Of a stretch of DNA of 47,147 bases, positions 1 through 7,501 are shown one piece after another. The notes beneath the pieces were generated by a model. It was not told the origin of the DNA, searched no databases, and was given only the letters and a program-made list of their open reading frames with translations. Numbering within the stretch: position 1 is the first letter of the stretch; each line of letters opens with the position of its first letter. The translations under genes and the position numbers were made by a program. The stretch lies in the NCBI GenBank assembly GCA_026394815.1, contig JAPLZX010000006.1, positions 1 to 47,147 of the forward strand, given 5' to 3'. This DNA comes from Candidatus Zambryskiibacteriota bacterium (GTDB taxonomy: Bacteria > Patescibacteriota > Minisyncoccia > Phycocordibacterales > DATDWN01).

Positions 1-26
1 AAAAATAAAAAAATAATTTTCAATTC

Positions 27-72
27 TTAATTTTTAAAATAAAAACTCCTGCACAACAGAAGTTTTTATTTT
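27..72 (-). terminator. Intrinsic-terminator-like hairpin with A/T runs on both sides (bidirectional geometry)
   Basis: AAAAACTCCTG (41-51), loop cacaa, CAGAAGTTTTT (57-67). The core stem has a C-A mismatch on + but a G-U wobble on -. On - it is followed by UUUUUAUUUU. Confidence 0.45.
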
Positions 73-75
73 ACA

Positions 76-145
76 CCGAGACGCGGTTAGCGGAAGCGAG
101 CTCCAACAAATATCGTGTGAGTGCGAACCGCTAACCACGTCTTGG
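76..145 (-). ncRNA. Candidate small structured RNA (family not recognised): 18-bp closing stem around a 34-nt interior
   Basis: ccgagacgcggttagcgg (76-93) pairs with ccgctaaccacgtcttgg (128-145): 16 Watson-Crick pairs, 1 wobble, 1 mismatch. It is a GC-rich island in an AT-rich spacer. Strand is inferred only from the promoter-like motif at 152-181 and the hairpin at 41-67. Confidence 0.3.
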
Positions 146-151
146 AATAAT

Positions 152-181
152 ATATTAATAATAACTAAACTTTTATTGCAA
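152..181 (-). promoter_or_regulatory. Sigma70-like promoter reading toward the stem-loop at 145
   Basis: On the minus strand: TTGCAA (181-176), 18-nt spacer, TAATAT (157-152), then 6 nt to the first base of the long stem (145). Confidence 0.35.
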
Positions 182-204
182 GACAAGCACTATAGAAATC
201 AGAT

Positions 205-242
205 AAAAAACCACAGATAACACAAAAGCCCCCGAAAGGGCT
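205..242 (-). terminator. Weak terminator-like hairpin downstream of the TPR gene
   Basis: Minus strand AGCCC-UUUCGG-GGGCU (242-227) followed by UUUUGUGUU...GGUUUUUU. The stem is only 5 bp. Confidence 0.3.
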
Positions 243-379
243 AAAGTGAGACATTTGTTGTTGATGCTCAAATACATTATTGCAAAGCAATCCTGTAAAA
301 TCACACCCACCCTAGTATTGTATCATAGATTTGATTTTAATGCAAATAATCTATAAATTTAGTGGGTTTATGATTTTTA

Positions 380-1333
380 TTAGCCCTGAATTTGTTTAAT
401 ATAAGCCTCGCCTTGATCTTTAAAAGTTGGCTCTTGGACTATTATTTCACGAATTAAATCTACTGCTTTCTGATTTTGTCCCAATTTCCAATAGACTTCT
501 GCTAAAATAAGTTTGTCTTGCAAACTCCCTGGATTCTTTTCTAGACGAGTATTAAGTATTGTTATAACACTGTTGTAGTCACCAATATCAGAATAGGCTT
601 TCAAAACTCTGGCATCAGAAATAATTACATCTTTAGGTAAAAGAGTGGTCATCTCTTTTAAGACCTCACTATTTTTTACATATATGGCACCGACTGTATA
701 AATAATTTGTGATTCCAACACTGTCGTTTTCAACTCATATGCTTTTTTAAACAACTCAAACATTTTCTGTTTATTTCCTTTACCAAGATAAGAACTGCCA
801 AGTTCAAAATAGATAGATTGTTTCTTTGGTGACTCTATTAATGCTCGTTCCAAATATTTTATAGCTTCATCGTATTGGCCAAACTGATTAAAAAAGTTGC
901 CAGCAAAAACTAAATATCTAGCATCGGTTGGACTAGATGCTACTTTTTCTTCGATTTTTGTTTTTGCAAAATTATAAAATTCTTGTTTGATTGTGTCTGA
1001 TACTTGAACTTGTGGAGAATAAAGTTTTACAGTTATTTGTGTAAGTTGTTCTACCGCCTCACCTGAACCAAACGAATTGTATGCAAAAACTTTTTTAAAT
1101 AATGCTAAATTTGTTTCTACATTATTTTGTGGACTTATTGATTGTATTAGTGTTGTGTTCGCTAATATGGCAGGAATATTTACAAAATAAACCGTTGCAG
1201 AAGTTAAAATAATTACCAAAGGAAAAACCATATAATTTAATACATCCTTAGAGAATGTCTTGGTGTAAAATTTTGAGGTTTCTTCTTTTTTAGATTGAGT
1301 AGATGGTCCCGGATTAATCTGTTCTTCGTCCAT
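380..1333 (-). CDS. TPR-repeat protein with one N-terminal transmembrane helix; possibly the detached C-terminal part of the upstream O-antigen-ligase-like gene
   Basis: 317-aa ORF with a TM segment (VFPLVIILTSATVYFV), then repeated TPR-like helices (AIKYLERALIESPKK, YFELGSSYLGKGN, LAEVYWKLGQNQKAVDLI). Confidence 0.75.
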   Translation of the reverse strand: MDEEQINPGPSTQSKKEETSKFYTKTFSKDVLNYMVFPLVIILTSATVYFVNIPAILANTTLIQSISPQNNVETNLALFKKVFAYNSFGSGEAVEQLTQITVKLYSPQVQVSDTIKQEFYNFAKTKIEEKVASSPTDARYLVFAGNFFNQFGQYDEAIKYLERALIESPKKQSIYFELGSSYLGKGNKQKMFELFKKAYELKTTVLESQIIYTVGAIYVKNSEVLKEMTTLLPKDVIISDARVLKAYSDIGDYNSVITILNTRLEKNPGSLQDKLILAEVYWKLGQNQKAVDLIREIIVQEPTFKDQGEAYIKQIQG

Positions 1334-1367
1334 GTTAAGCCGATAATAAGCTTTGTTTTTTTAATTG

Positions 1368-2561
1368 TCAAGGATTTGTACGGGACCAGTACATATTCGT
1401 GCCAGTGATAATGCTCTTTTGTGCTGTATTTAGAACACTTTTCTTGCGCCAAATGTAGTAGAAAAAAGCAACATACATAGAAACGTAAGCTAGAAACCCA
1501 ATGATTCCACCAGCAATAAGCCAGTCAAGAACCAGGTCGTGAGTCCGGTCAAACCATTCCTCTTGTCCGAATAACCCTGGGTCATAATATTTATTAAACA
1601 CAAAATTAAAACTCTCTTGTCCCCAACCAAGTAAGGGTCTGTCCATAATCCCCTTTACAGCCATTGGCCAAACATAATATCGCCCTTGAGTTTGAAACTC
1701 AGAAAAACCTAAATTTGAAAATCTGGAAAGAACAGGACTATTTTTAACAAGAGGTGTGCCACGAAGAAGAATAAAACCAAGTATAACAACGACCACCCCC
1801 CCAGCAAGCCAATAAGCTATCTTACGCAAGGTTTTGTTTTCTTTCTCTTTCCAAACAATAAGTATTCCTGCAAGCAACAATCCTCCAATGAGCCCTAAAA
1901 TAGCTCCTCGAGTAGCTGTGAAATACAACATTATTGTTTCCAACACTATTATTGAGCCGTAAGTCCATTTCTGCCAATTTTTTTGAGATTCACTCACTAA
2001 CATATATAGACAGAGAAAAATATGAAGAACAAGATATATAGCAAGATATGTAGCATTACCAAATGTTCCATCTAAACGCACCCCGCCCTGACTAATACCA
2101 ATTTTGCCCGCGAGCTGAAATAATCCGTAGAAAGACATTAAAACGCTTGCAAAAATAGAAGTATTAAAAAGCTTATTCCATAGTTCTTTTGTATTAATTA
2201 CCGAAGATACAACCAAGTAATACAAAAGCAGATGCGCAAGGAGAACAAAACCTTCCATACGTTCGTAGTTACTCCAAAGACTTTTGTATGGATTTTGTCC
2301 AAGTAGGTCAGCTATCAAAATAATAAACGTAAACAATATAAACGACTTTGTAAGCCAAGAAAATTTTGGTCTGTATTCTTTATCAATGAATGCAAGCATA
2401 ACAAACAAGCCAAACAAAATTTCGACAAGAATTCTGAAAGCAAAACCTTTACCAGAAATAAAAGGGAAAAACATCCCGGAAGGAACAATAAAAGCTATAA
2501 AAGGAATAGCGAACAAGCCACCTAATGTAAGGTATTTGAGAATGTTTTTTGTATTTTGCAT
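1368..2561 (-). CDS. O-antigen ligase / polymerase-like (Wzy_C family) polytopic membrane protein; the C-terminus looks truncated
   Basis: 397-aa ORF with about 10 hydrophobic helices and a loop RLDGTFGNATYLAIYL typical of Wzy_C/O-antigen ligase proteins. It ends abruptly after WRKKSVLNTAQKSIITG, only 35 nt before the next ORF. Confidence 0.7.
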   Translation of the reverse strand: MQNTKNILKYLTLGGLFAIPFIAFIVPSGMFFPFISGKGFAFRILVEILFGLFVMLAFIDKEYRPKFSWLTKSFILFTFIILIADLLGQNPYKSLWSNYERMEGFVLLAHLLLYYLVVSSVINTKELWNKLFNTSIFASVLMSFYGLFQLAGKIGISQGGVRLDGTFGNATYLAIYLVLHIFLCLYMLVSESQKNWQKWTYGSIIVLETIMLYFTATRGAILGLIGGLLLAGILIVWKEKENKTLRKIAYWLAGGVVVVILGFILLRGTPLVKNSPVLSRFSNLGFSEFQTQGRYYVWPMAVKGIMDRPLLGWGQESFNFVFNKYYDPGLFGQEEWFDRTHDLVLDWLIAGGIIGFLAYVSMYVAFFYYIWRKKSVLNTAQKSIITGTNMYWSRTNP

Positions 2562-2608
2562 CCCGCTATTATATCAGATTGAAATTTGTGATGCTAGTAA
2601 AACAAAAC

Positions 2609-2637
2609 TAGAAAAAAATATCTAAATCTGCTAAGAT
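2609..2637 (+). promoter_or_regulatory. Putative extended -10 promoter for the gmd operon
   Basis: TAGAAA (2609-2614), 17-nt spacer ending in TGc, TAAGAT (2632-2637), then 10 nt to the gmd ATG at 2648. Confidence 0.35.
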
Positions 2638-2647
2638 TCATTGCACT

Positions 2648-3691
2648 ATGAAAAAAGCTTTAATCACAGGAATAACTGGTCAAGATGGATCATATTTGGC
2701 AGAACTTCTCTTGGAAAAGGGGTATGAGGTGCATGGTATTATTCGTCGTTCAAGTTCTTTTAACACTCATCGAATTGACCATATATATAGTGACCCGCAC
2801 AAAAAGAAACATATGCTTTACCTTCATTATGGCGATTTATCTGATGCGAGTAATTTAAATAGAATACTTGAAAAAGTAAAACCAGATGAAATATACCATC
2901 TGGCTGCCCAAAGTCATGTACGAGTTAGCTTTGACCTCCCAGAGTACACTGGAGATACTACCGGTTTGGGCGCCTTACGCATTCTTGATGCCATACGAGC
3001 ATCTGGAATAAAAACAAAATTTTATCAAGCTTCTTCGAGTGAAATGTTTGGTGAAGCAAAAGAAATACCCCTAAAAGAGACTAGTCCTTTCCATCCTCGC
3101 TCCCCCTATGGAGTTGCCAAAGTCTATGCATACTGGATTACAAGAAATTATAGAGAAAGTTACGGACTGTTTGCAGTAAACGGAATACTTTTTAATCATG
3201 AATCCCCTCGTCGTGGTGAGACCTTTGTCACAAGAAAAATTACAAGAGGATTATCTCGAATAAAACTTGGCCTTGAGAATAAATTGTATTTAGGAAATCT
3301 TGATGCAAAGAGAGATTGGGGTTATGCAAAAGATTACGTAGAGGGTATGTGGCGCATGCTCCAACAAAAAACACCTGATGATTATATTCTAGCTACAAAT
3401 GAAGCTCATACTGTCAAAGAGTTTGTAGAAGAAGTTGGAAAAATATTAGGTATGGATATAAAATGGAAAGGTAAAGGTATAAATGAAAAAGGAATAGACA
3501 AAAAAACAGGAAAAATTATCATTGAGGTCGATCCATTATATTTCCGTCCAGCCGAAGTGAATGTGCTTCTGGGTGACTACAGTAAAGCCAAGAAAAAATT
3601 GGGATGGAAACCAGAGGTCAAATTTAAAGAACTAATCAAAATAATGACTGAGCATGATTTCAAAAAAGAAAAAGATGAAAATAGAATCTAA
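2648..3691 (+). CDS. gmd: GDP-mannose 4,6-dehydratase
   Basis: N-terminus [50 protein letters not shown] (YxxxK) and [17 protein letters not shown] are canonical Gmd motifs. Length 347 aa. Confidence 0.95.
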   Translation: MKKALITGITGQDGSYLAELLLEKGYEVHGIIRRSSSFNTHRIDHIYSDPHKKKHMLYLHYGDLSDASNLNRILEKVKPDEIYHLAAQSHVRVSFDLPEYTGDTTGLGALRILDAIRASGIKTKFYQASSSEMFGEAKEIPLKETSPFHPRSPYGVAKVYAYWITRNYRESYGLFAVNGILFNHESPRRGETFVTRKITRGLSRIKLGLENKLYLGNLDAKRDWGYAKDYVEGMWRMLQQKTPDDYILATNEAHTVKEFVEEVGKILGMDIKWKGKGINEKGIDKKTGKIIIEVDPLYFRPAEVNVLLGDYSKAKKKLGWKPEVKFKELIKIMTEHDFKKEKDENRI

Positions 3692-4145
3692 ACATATTCC
3701 AGATGAATTATTTAAAGAAATAGTAAGCAACATGCCTATTTGTACAGTAGATATTGTTTTTTTTAATGAAAAAAAAGACAGGATATTTCTATGTAAAAGA
3801 GCAAATGAGCCTTTAAAAGGAGTATTTATGACAAACGGAGGTAGACTTTTTAAAAACGAGGAGTTGGAAGATTGCGCGATTCGACAAGTTAAAACAGAGC
3901 TTGGTATTTCTATAAACAAGAATCAATTGGTTTTTGGAGGGATTACAAACATGATAACAAACGCTTCTAAATTCGATGAGACAAATTATCATGCTATGGA
4001 TATTTTTTTTGGGTATATAATAAATGAGTCCACTCCAATAAAACTTGATAATCAGCACAGCGAGTCTAAATGGTTTTCTATATACGATGAGTCTCTACAC
4101 CTGTATGCAAAAAGAAGTATTAATATTTTAATACCAAAATTATGA
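3675..4145 (+). CDS. gmm: NUDIX hydrolase, GDP-mannose mannosyl hydrolase-like
   Basis: The pattern [13 protein letters not shown]...[39 protein letters not shown] matches the Gmm/WcaH layout, and the gene lies between gmd and fcl. Start chosen at the internal ATG 3675; the ORF is open from 3654. Confidence 0.75.
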   Translation: MKIESKHIPDELFKEIVSNMPICTVDIVFFNEKKDRIFLCKRANEPLKGVFMTNGGRLFKNEELEDCAIRQVKTELGISINKNQLVFGGITNMITNASKFDETNYHAMDIFFGYIINESTPIKLDNQHSESKWFSIYDESLHLYAKRSINILIPKL

Positions 4146-5074
4146 AAAAAAATTCAAAAATATTTGTTGCCGGACACAAAGGATTAGTAGGTTCAGCAAT
4201 TTTACGAAAACTTCAAAAAGAAGGGTATAAAAATATTGTAACAAGAACTCATAAAGAACTTGATTTAATAAATGCACCAAAAGTGACAGAATTTTTTAAA
4301 AAAGAAAAAATAGAATATGTTTTTATGGCTGCGGCAAAAGTAGGAGGTATCATGGCTAATAAAAATTTCCCCGCCGAGATGATTTATCAAAATATAGAAG
4401 TCCAAAATAACATTATTCATAATTCATACCTGACTGGAGTTAAAAAATTACTCTTTTTAGGAAGTTCGTGCATTTATCCTCGCCTGGCCCCTCAACCTAT
4501 AAAAGAAGAGTATCTTCTCTCTGGTCTTCTAGAACCAACCAATCAAGCTTATGCTATAGCAAAGATTTCTGGAATTGTGATGTGCCAATCTTATAACAAA
4601 GAATATGGGACAAACTTTATTTCAGCCATGCCAACTAATCTCTATGGACCAAATGATAATTTCGATTATGAAAATTCTCATGTCTTCCCCGCTATGATAA
4701 GAAAATTCCATGATGCAAAAGAAAAAAAGGAGAAAAGTATAACATTTTGGGGAACAGGCACACCAAAAAGGGAATTTCTACATGTTGATGATGTTGCTTC
4801 TGCGAGTCTCTTTCTTATGCTAAATTATAACGATTCAGAAATAATAAATGTTGGAACAGGAGAAGATATTTCTATATTAGAACTTGTAAATAAAATGAAA
4901 AAAATAATTGGATATAATGGTAAAGTCATCTGGGATAAAGAAAAACCAGATGGAATGCCGAGAAAACTCCTTGATGTAAGTAAAATCCATAATCTTGGAT
5001 GGAAACACATCATAGATGTAGACCGTGGTATTACAGAAACTTATGAATGGTTTTCAAAAAATGTATCTAAATAA
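4142..5074 (+). CDS. fcl: GDP-L-fucose synthase (GDP-4-keto-6-deoxymannose 3,5-epimerase/4-reductase); a ColC-type colitose synthase cannot be excluded
   Basis: KIFVAGHKGLVGSAI, LGSSCIYP, YAIAKISG and PTNLYGPNDNF are typical Fcl/WcaG motifs. ATGA overlap with gmm. Confidence 0.88.
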   Translation: MKKNSKIFVAGHKGLVGSAILRKLQKEGYKNIVTRTHKELDLINAPKVTEFFKKEKIEYVFMAAAKVGGIMANKNFPAEMIYQNIEVQNNIIHNSYLTGVKKLLFLGSSCIYPRLAPQPIKEEYLLSGLLEPTNQAYAIAKISGIVMCQSYNKEYGTNFISAMPTNLYGPNDNFDYENSHVFPAMIRKFHDAKEKKEKSITFWGTGTPKREFLHVDDVASASLFLMLNYNDSEIINVGTGEDISILELVNKMKKIIGYNGKVIWDKEKPDGMPRKLLDVSKIHNLGWKHIIDVDRGITETYEWFSKNVSK

Positions 5075-5115
5075 ATAATGATTAATTTTTAGAAAATAAT
5101 CCTATTTGAACCAAC

Positions 5116-5135
5116 TTGACACCTTTTGACACCTT
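5116..5135 (+). repeat. Perfect tandem direct repeat, 2 x TTGACACCTT
   Basis: ttgacacctt at 5116-5125 is repeated exactly at 5126-5135. The repeat overlaps the -35 region. Confidence 0.9.
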
Positions 5136-5143
5136 GCTATACT
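5116..5143 (+). promoter_or_regulatory. Near-consensus promoter with tandem -35 boxes directly upstream of the HTH gene
   Basis: TTGACA (5116-5121), 16-nt spacer ending in TGc, TATACT (5138-5143), then 8 nt to the ATG at 5152. Confidence 0.55.
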
Positions 5144-5151
5144 AGGCAAGT

Positions 5152-5397
5152 ATGGAAGAAATTAAACCAATGGCGGTTTACACAACCATTGAAACCCAAA
5201 AAGTGCTTCGTATCAGCGAAAGCACCATAAAACGCATGCTTAAAAATAGATTAATACGAGCTAATAAAGTTGGTGGTCAATATCGCATCTTGGGAAAGGA
5301 ACTTCTTCGTCTTGTTTCCCCTACTCTAGAAAAGAAAGCTATTCATTCCTACTTGGATGTCAAGAAAAAAGTCGTGAATAAAATAAATAAGTGGTAA
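5152..5397 (+). CDS. Small helix-turn-helix DNA-binding protein (excisionase/MerR-type HTH_17-like)
   Basis: 81 aa. YTTIETQKVLRISESTIKRMLKNRLIRANKVGGQYRILGKELLRLV matches the excisionase-family HTH pattern. Confidence 0.65.
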   Translation: MEEIKPMAVYTTIETQKVLRISESTIKRMLKNRLIRANKVGGQYRILGKELLRLVSPTLEKKAIHSYLDVKKKVVNKINKW

Positions 5398-5406
5398 AAT
5401 AAAAAA

Positions 5407-6246
5407 ATGGAAAAAACACCAGAACAAACATATGTAACAATAATTAGACCTAAAAAGCTTTTTTCCATTCGTGATATTACTGAACTCTGGAAATATAAAG
5501 AGCTTATGTATTTTTTTACCTGGCGTGACCTCAAGGTACGCTATAAGCAAACATTTATAGGTATTGTTTGGGCAATTATCCAACCTTTTATTACGATGGT
5601 GGTTTTTTCTGTTTTCTTTGGGGGACTTGCAAAAATGCCGTCAGATGGAGTTCCCTATCCAATTTTTGTTTATGTTGGTCTTTTATTTTGGCAATTTTTC
5701 TCAAGCGCCCTTGGTGACACTAGTAATTGTTTAGTAGCAAACCAATCTGTCATTACAAAAGTTTATTTCCCCCGCTTAATACTCCCAATATCTTCGGTTT
5801 TTACAAAATTGGTTGATTTTGCAGTGGCAACTTTAATGCTAGTAGTTTTGATGTTTTACTATGGATATGTGCCTCACATATCTGGACTTTTAATACTCCC
5901 CCTACTTCTTTTCATTACATTTATGGCTTCGGTTGGATTAGGACTTGTTTTAGCATCTATAAATGTTAAATACCGAGACGTGAGATATGCTCTTCCATTT
6001 TTTATACAAATAATGCTATTTCTTACACCGGTTATTTATCCCGCCTCAATTGCGGGTAAGTACTCGTTTATTTTGGCCTTAAACCCAATGACAGGGGTAA
6101 TACAAAATGCTCGCGCCGCTTTACTTGGAACGGCGCCCATCAATTGGCTATTGATTTTAATTTCTTTTATTGCAACATTTGTCATTATGATTATTGGTGT
6201 GTATTTTTTTAAGAAAACAGAAAGATTTTTCGCCGACATCGTATAA
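5407..6246 (+). CDS. wzm: ABC-2 type polysaccharide/teichoic-acid export permease (Wzm/TagG-like)
   Basis: 279 aa, 6 TM helices. N-terminal motif ELWKYKELMYFFTWRDLKVRYKQTFIGIVWAIIQP is typical of Wzm/TagG permeases. Confidence 0.9.
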   Translation: MEKTPEQTYVTIIRPKKLFSIRDITELWKYKELMYFFTWRDLKVRYKQTFIGIVWAIIQPFITMVVFSVFFGGLAKMPSDGVPYPIFVYVGLLFWQFFSSALGDTSNCLVANQSVITKVYFPRLILPISSVFTKLVDFAVATLMLVVLMFYYGYVPHISGLLILPLLLFITFMASVGLGLVLASINVKYRDVRYALPFFIQIMLFLTPVIYPASIAGKYSFILALNPMTGVIQNARAALLGTAPINWLLILISFIATFVIMIIGVYFFKKTERFFADIV

Positions 6247-6258
6247 CATACGAAAATT

Positions 6259-7488
6259 ATGTCTAACCCAATAATTGAGATAAAAAACATAGGAAAGAAG
6301 TACAATATCACCCATCAAAGAGGTGGTTATGTTACCTTAAGAGAAACAATCATGAATGTGTTAAAATCACCACTTTCTTTTTTGAAAGCAAAAACCAAAG
6401 AAGAGTTCTGGGCGTTAAAAGATATTTCATTAAACATACAAAAGGGAGAGGTTATAGGAATCATAGGTAAAAACGGCTCAGGCAAATCAACTCTTCTCAA
6501 GATACTTTCACAAATTACACCACCAACAACTGGAGAAATAACATTACGAGGTAAGATTAGAAGTCTTTTAGAAGTTGGCACTGGTTTTCATCCAGAATTG
6601 ACAGGAAGAGAAAATATTTTTCTCAACGGTGCAATTCTTGGGATGACAAAAAAGGAAGTCGTTAAAAAATTTAATGAAATTGTAGAATTTTCAGGTATTG
6701 ATAAGTTCCTTGATACACCTGTCAAATATTACTCAAGTGGTATGTATGTTCGTCTTGCCTTCTCTGTCGCCGCCCACATGGAATCAGATATTTTAATAGT
6801 TGATGAAGTGTTGGCTGTAGGAGATGCAGAATTTCAAAAAAAATGTCTCGGCAAGATGAAAGAAATGTCCACAGAAGCGGGCCGGACAATCATACTTGTT
6901 AGTCACAACATGACTGCTATAGAGCAAATGTGTTCACGAGTTGTTTTATTAGAAAAAGGAAGGGCAACTAAAATCGGACCAACGATAGAAATCGTCAATG
7001 AATATTTGGACAAATTCTTAGAATTCGGTGACGGTGAAATAACCCTAACCAAAAAACCAGGAGTAGATATTTCATTTTCTAAAATTTCTATAACTAATGA
7101 AAAAAATGTAATAACAAACAATATTAATTATAAAGAAAATTTTTATATCAATTTAGAGTTAGATGTTTTTAAAGAAACAAAAGATGTTGATTTGGGTATT
7201 TATTTTAAAAATTCTCTAAACACGGACTTGGTTTTTTCATGTTTATCAGACAAATCAAATGGTCAACTGAAAACTTTCAAACCCGGGAGGTATAATTTTA
7301 AAGTAGAATTTTCAGGTGGTTTTTTAATGCAAGGTATTTATTCTATAAAAATTAGTGTGCACAACCCTGGAATTTTAACCATTGATTCAAGAGATGATGT
7401 TATTAGTTTTTCGATATTACCTCCATCTGGAAGACCTGCGTCAAGAGGTGGTGCAGGTTGTGTTTCTATACCAAATCGTTGGATATAA
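6259..7488 (+). CDS. wzt: ABC polysaccharide export ATPase (Wzt/TagH-like) with a C-terminal extension resembling the Wzt carbohydrate-binding domain
   Basis: Walker A GKNGSGKST, signature YSSGMYVRLAF, Walker B ILIVDEVLAVGD, then about 160 extra residues predicted to be beta-rich (ISFSKISITNEKN...YNFKVEFSG...IKISVHNPG). Confidence 0.9.
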   Translation: MSNPIIEIKNIGKKYNITHQRGGYVTLRETIMNVLKSPLSFLKAKTKEEFWALKDISLNIQKGEVIGIIGKNGSGKSTLLKILSQITPPTTGEITLRGKIRSLLEVGTGFHPELTGRENIFLNGAILGMTKKEVVKKFNEIVEFSGIDKFLDTPVKYYSSGMYVRLAFSVAAHMESDILIVDEVLAVGDAEFQKKCLGKMKEMSTEAGRTIILVSHNMTAIEQMCSRVVLLEKGRATKIGPTIEIVNEYLDKFLEFGDGEITLTKKPGVDISFSKISITNEKNVITNNINYKENFYINLELDVFKETKDVDLGIYFKNSLNTDLVFSCLSDKSNGQLKTFKPGRYNFKVEFSGGFLMQGIYSIKISVHNPGILTIDSRDDVISFSILPPSGRPASRGGAGCVSIPNRWI

Positions 7489-7501
7489 CAAGAGATTAAA
7501 A

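Noticed and set aside
76-145. The GC-rich stem-loop as SRP RNA (GCGGAAGC with a GGAA tetraloop on +) or as a tRNA or tmRNA fragment (GGTTCG on -)
   Set aside because: The GGAA is not at the apex of the dominant 18-bp helix, and the flanks cannot form the SRP domain IV loops. The GGTTCG has no complementary T-stem, and there is no acceptor stem or anticodon arm. I left the family unassigned.
2284-2625. Antisense or overlapping ORFs in the six-frame track. Examples: 2284-2625, 3632-3919, 3813-4058, 5326-5583, 7699-8073, 9380-9754, 11341-11661, 20501-20908, 26924-27193, 34247-34687, 34703-34996, 37110-37409, 37669-37980, 41180-41599, 45310-45597, 46515-46745.
   Set aside because: Each lies inside a longer ORF on the other strand or in another frame that has clear family motifs. 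Their translations are low-complexity with no recognisable domains, as expected for shadow ORFs in AT-rich DNA.
7430-7488. The unusually GC-rich tail of wzt (PPSGRPASRGGAGCVSIPNRWI) as a possible frameshifted end or embedded element
   Set aside because: The only inverted repeat is CCTGC/GCAGG (5 bp), and the ORF ends at a sensible length for a Wzt with a C-terminal domain. There is not enough evidence for a separate feature.
7382-7501. N-terminal extension of the GT2 ORF overlapping the end of wzt
   Set aside because: The extension (MIQEMMLLVFRYYLHLEDL...) overlaps wzt by 107 nt and looks like out-of-frame read-through. The ATG at 7502, just after the wzt stop, is the more plausible start.
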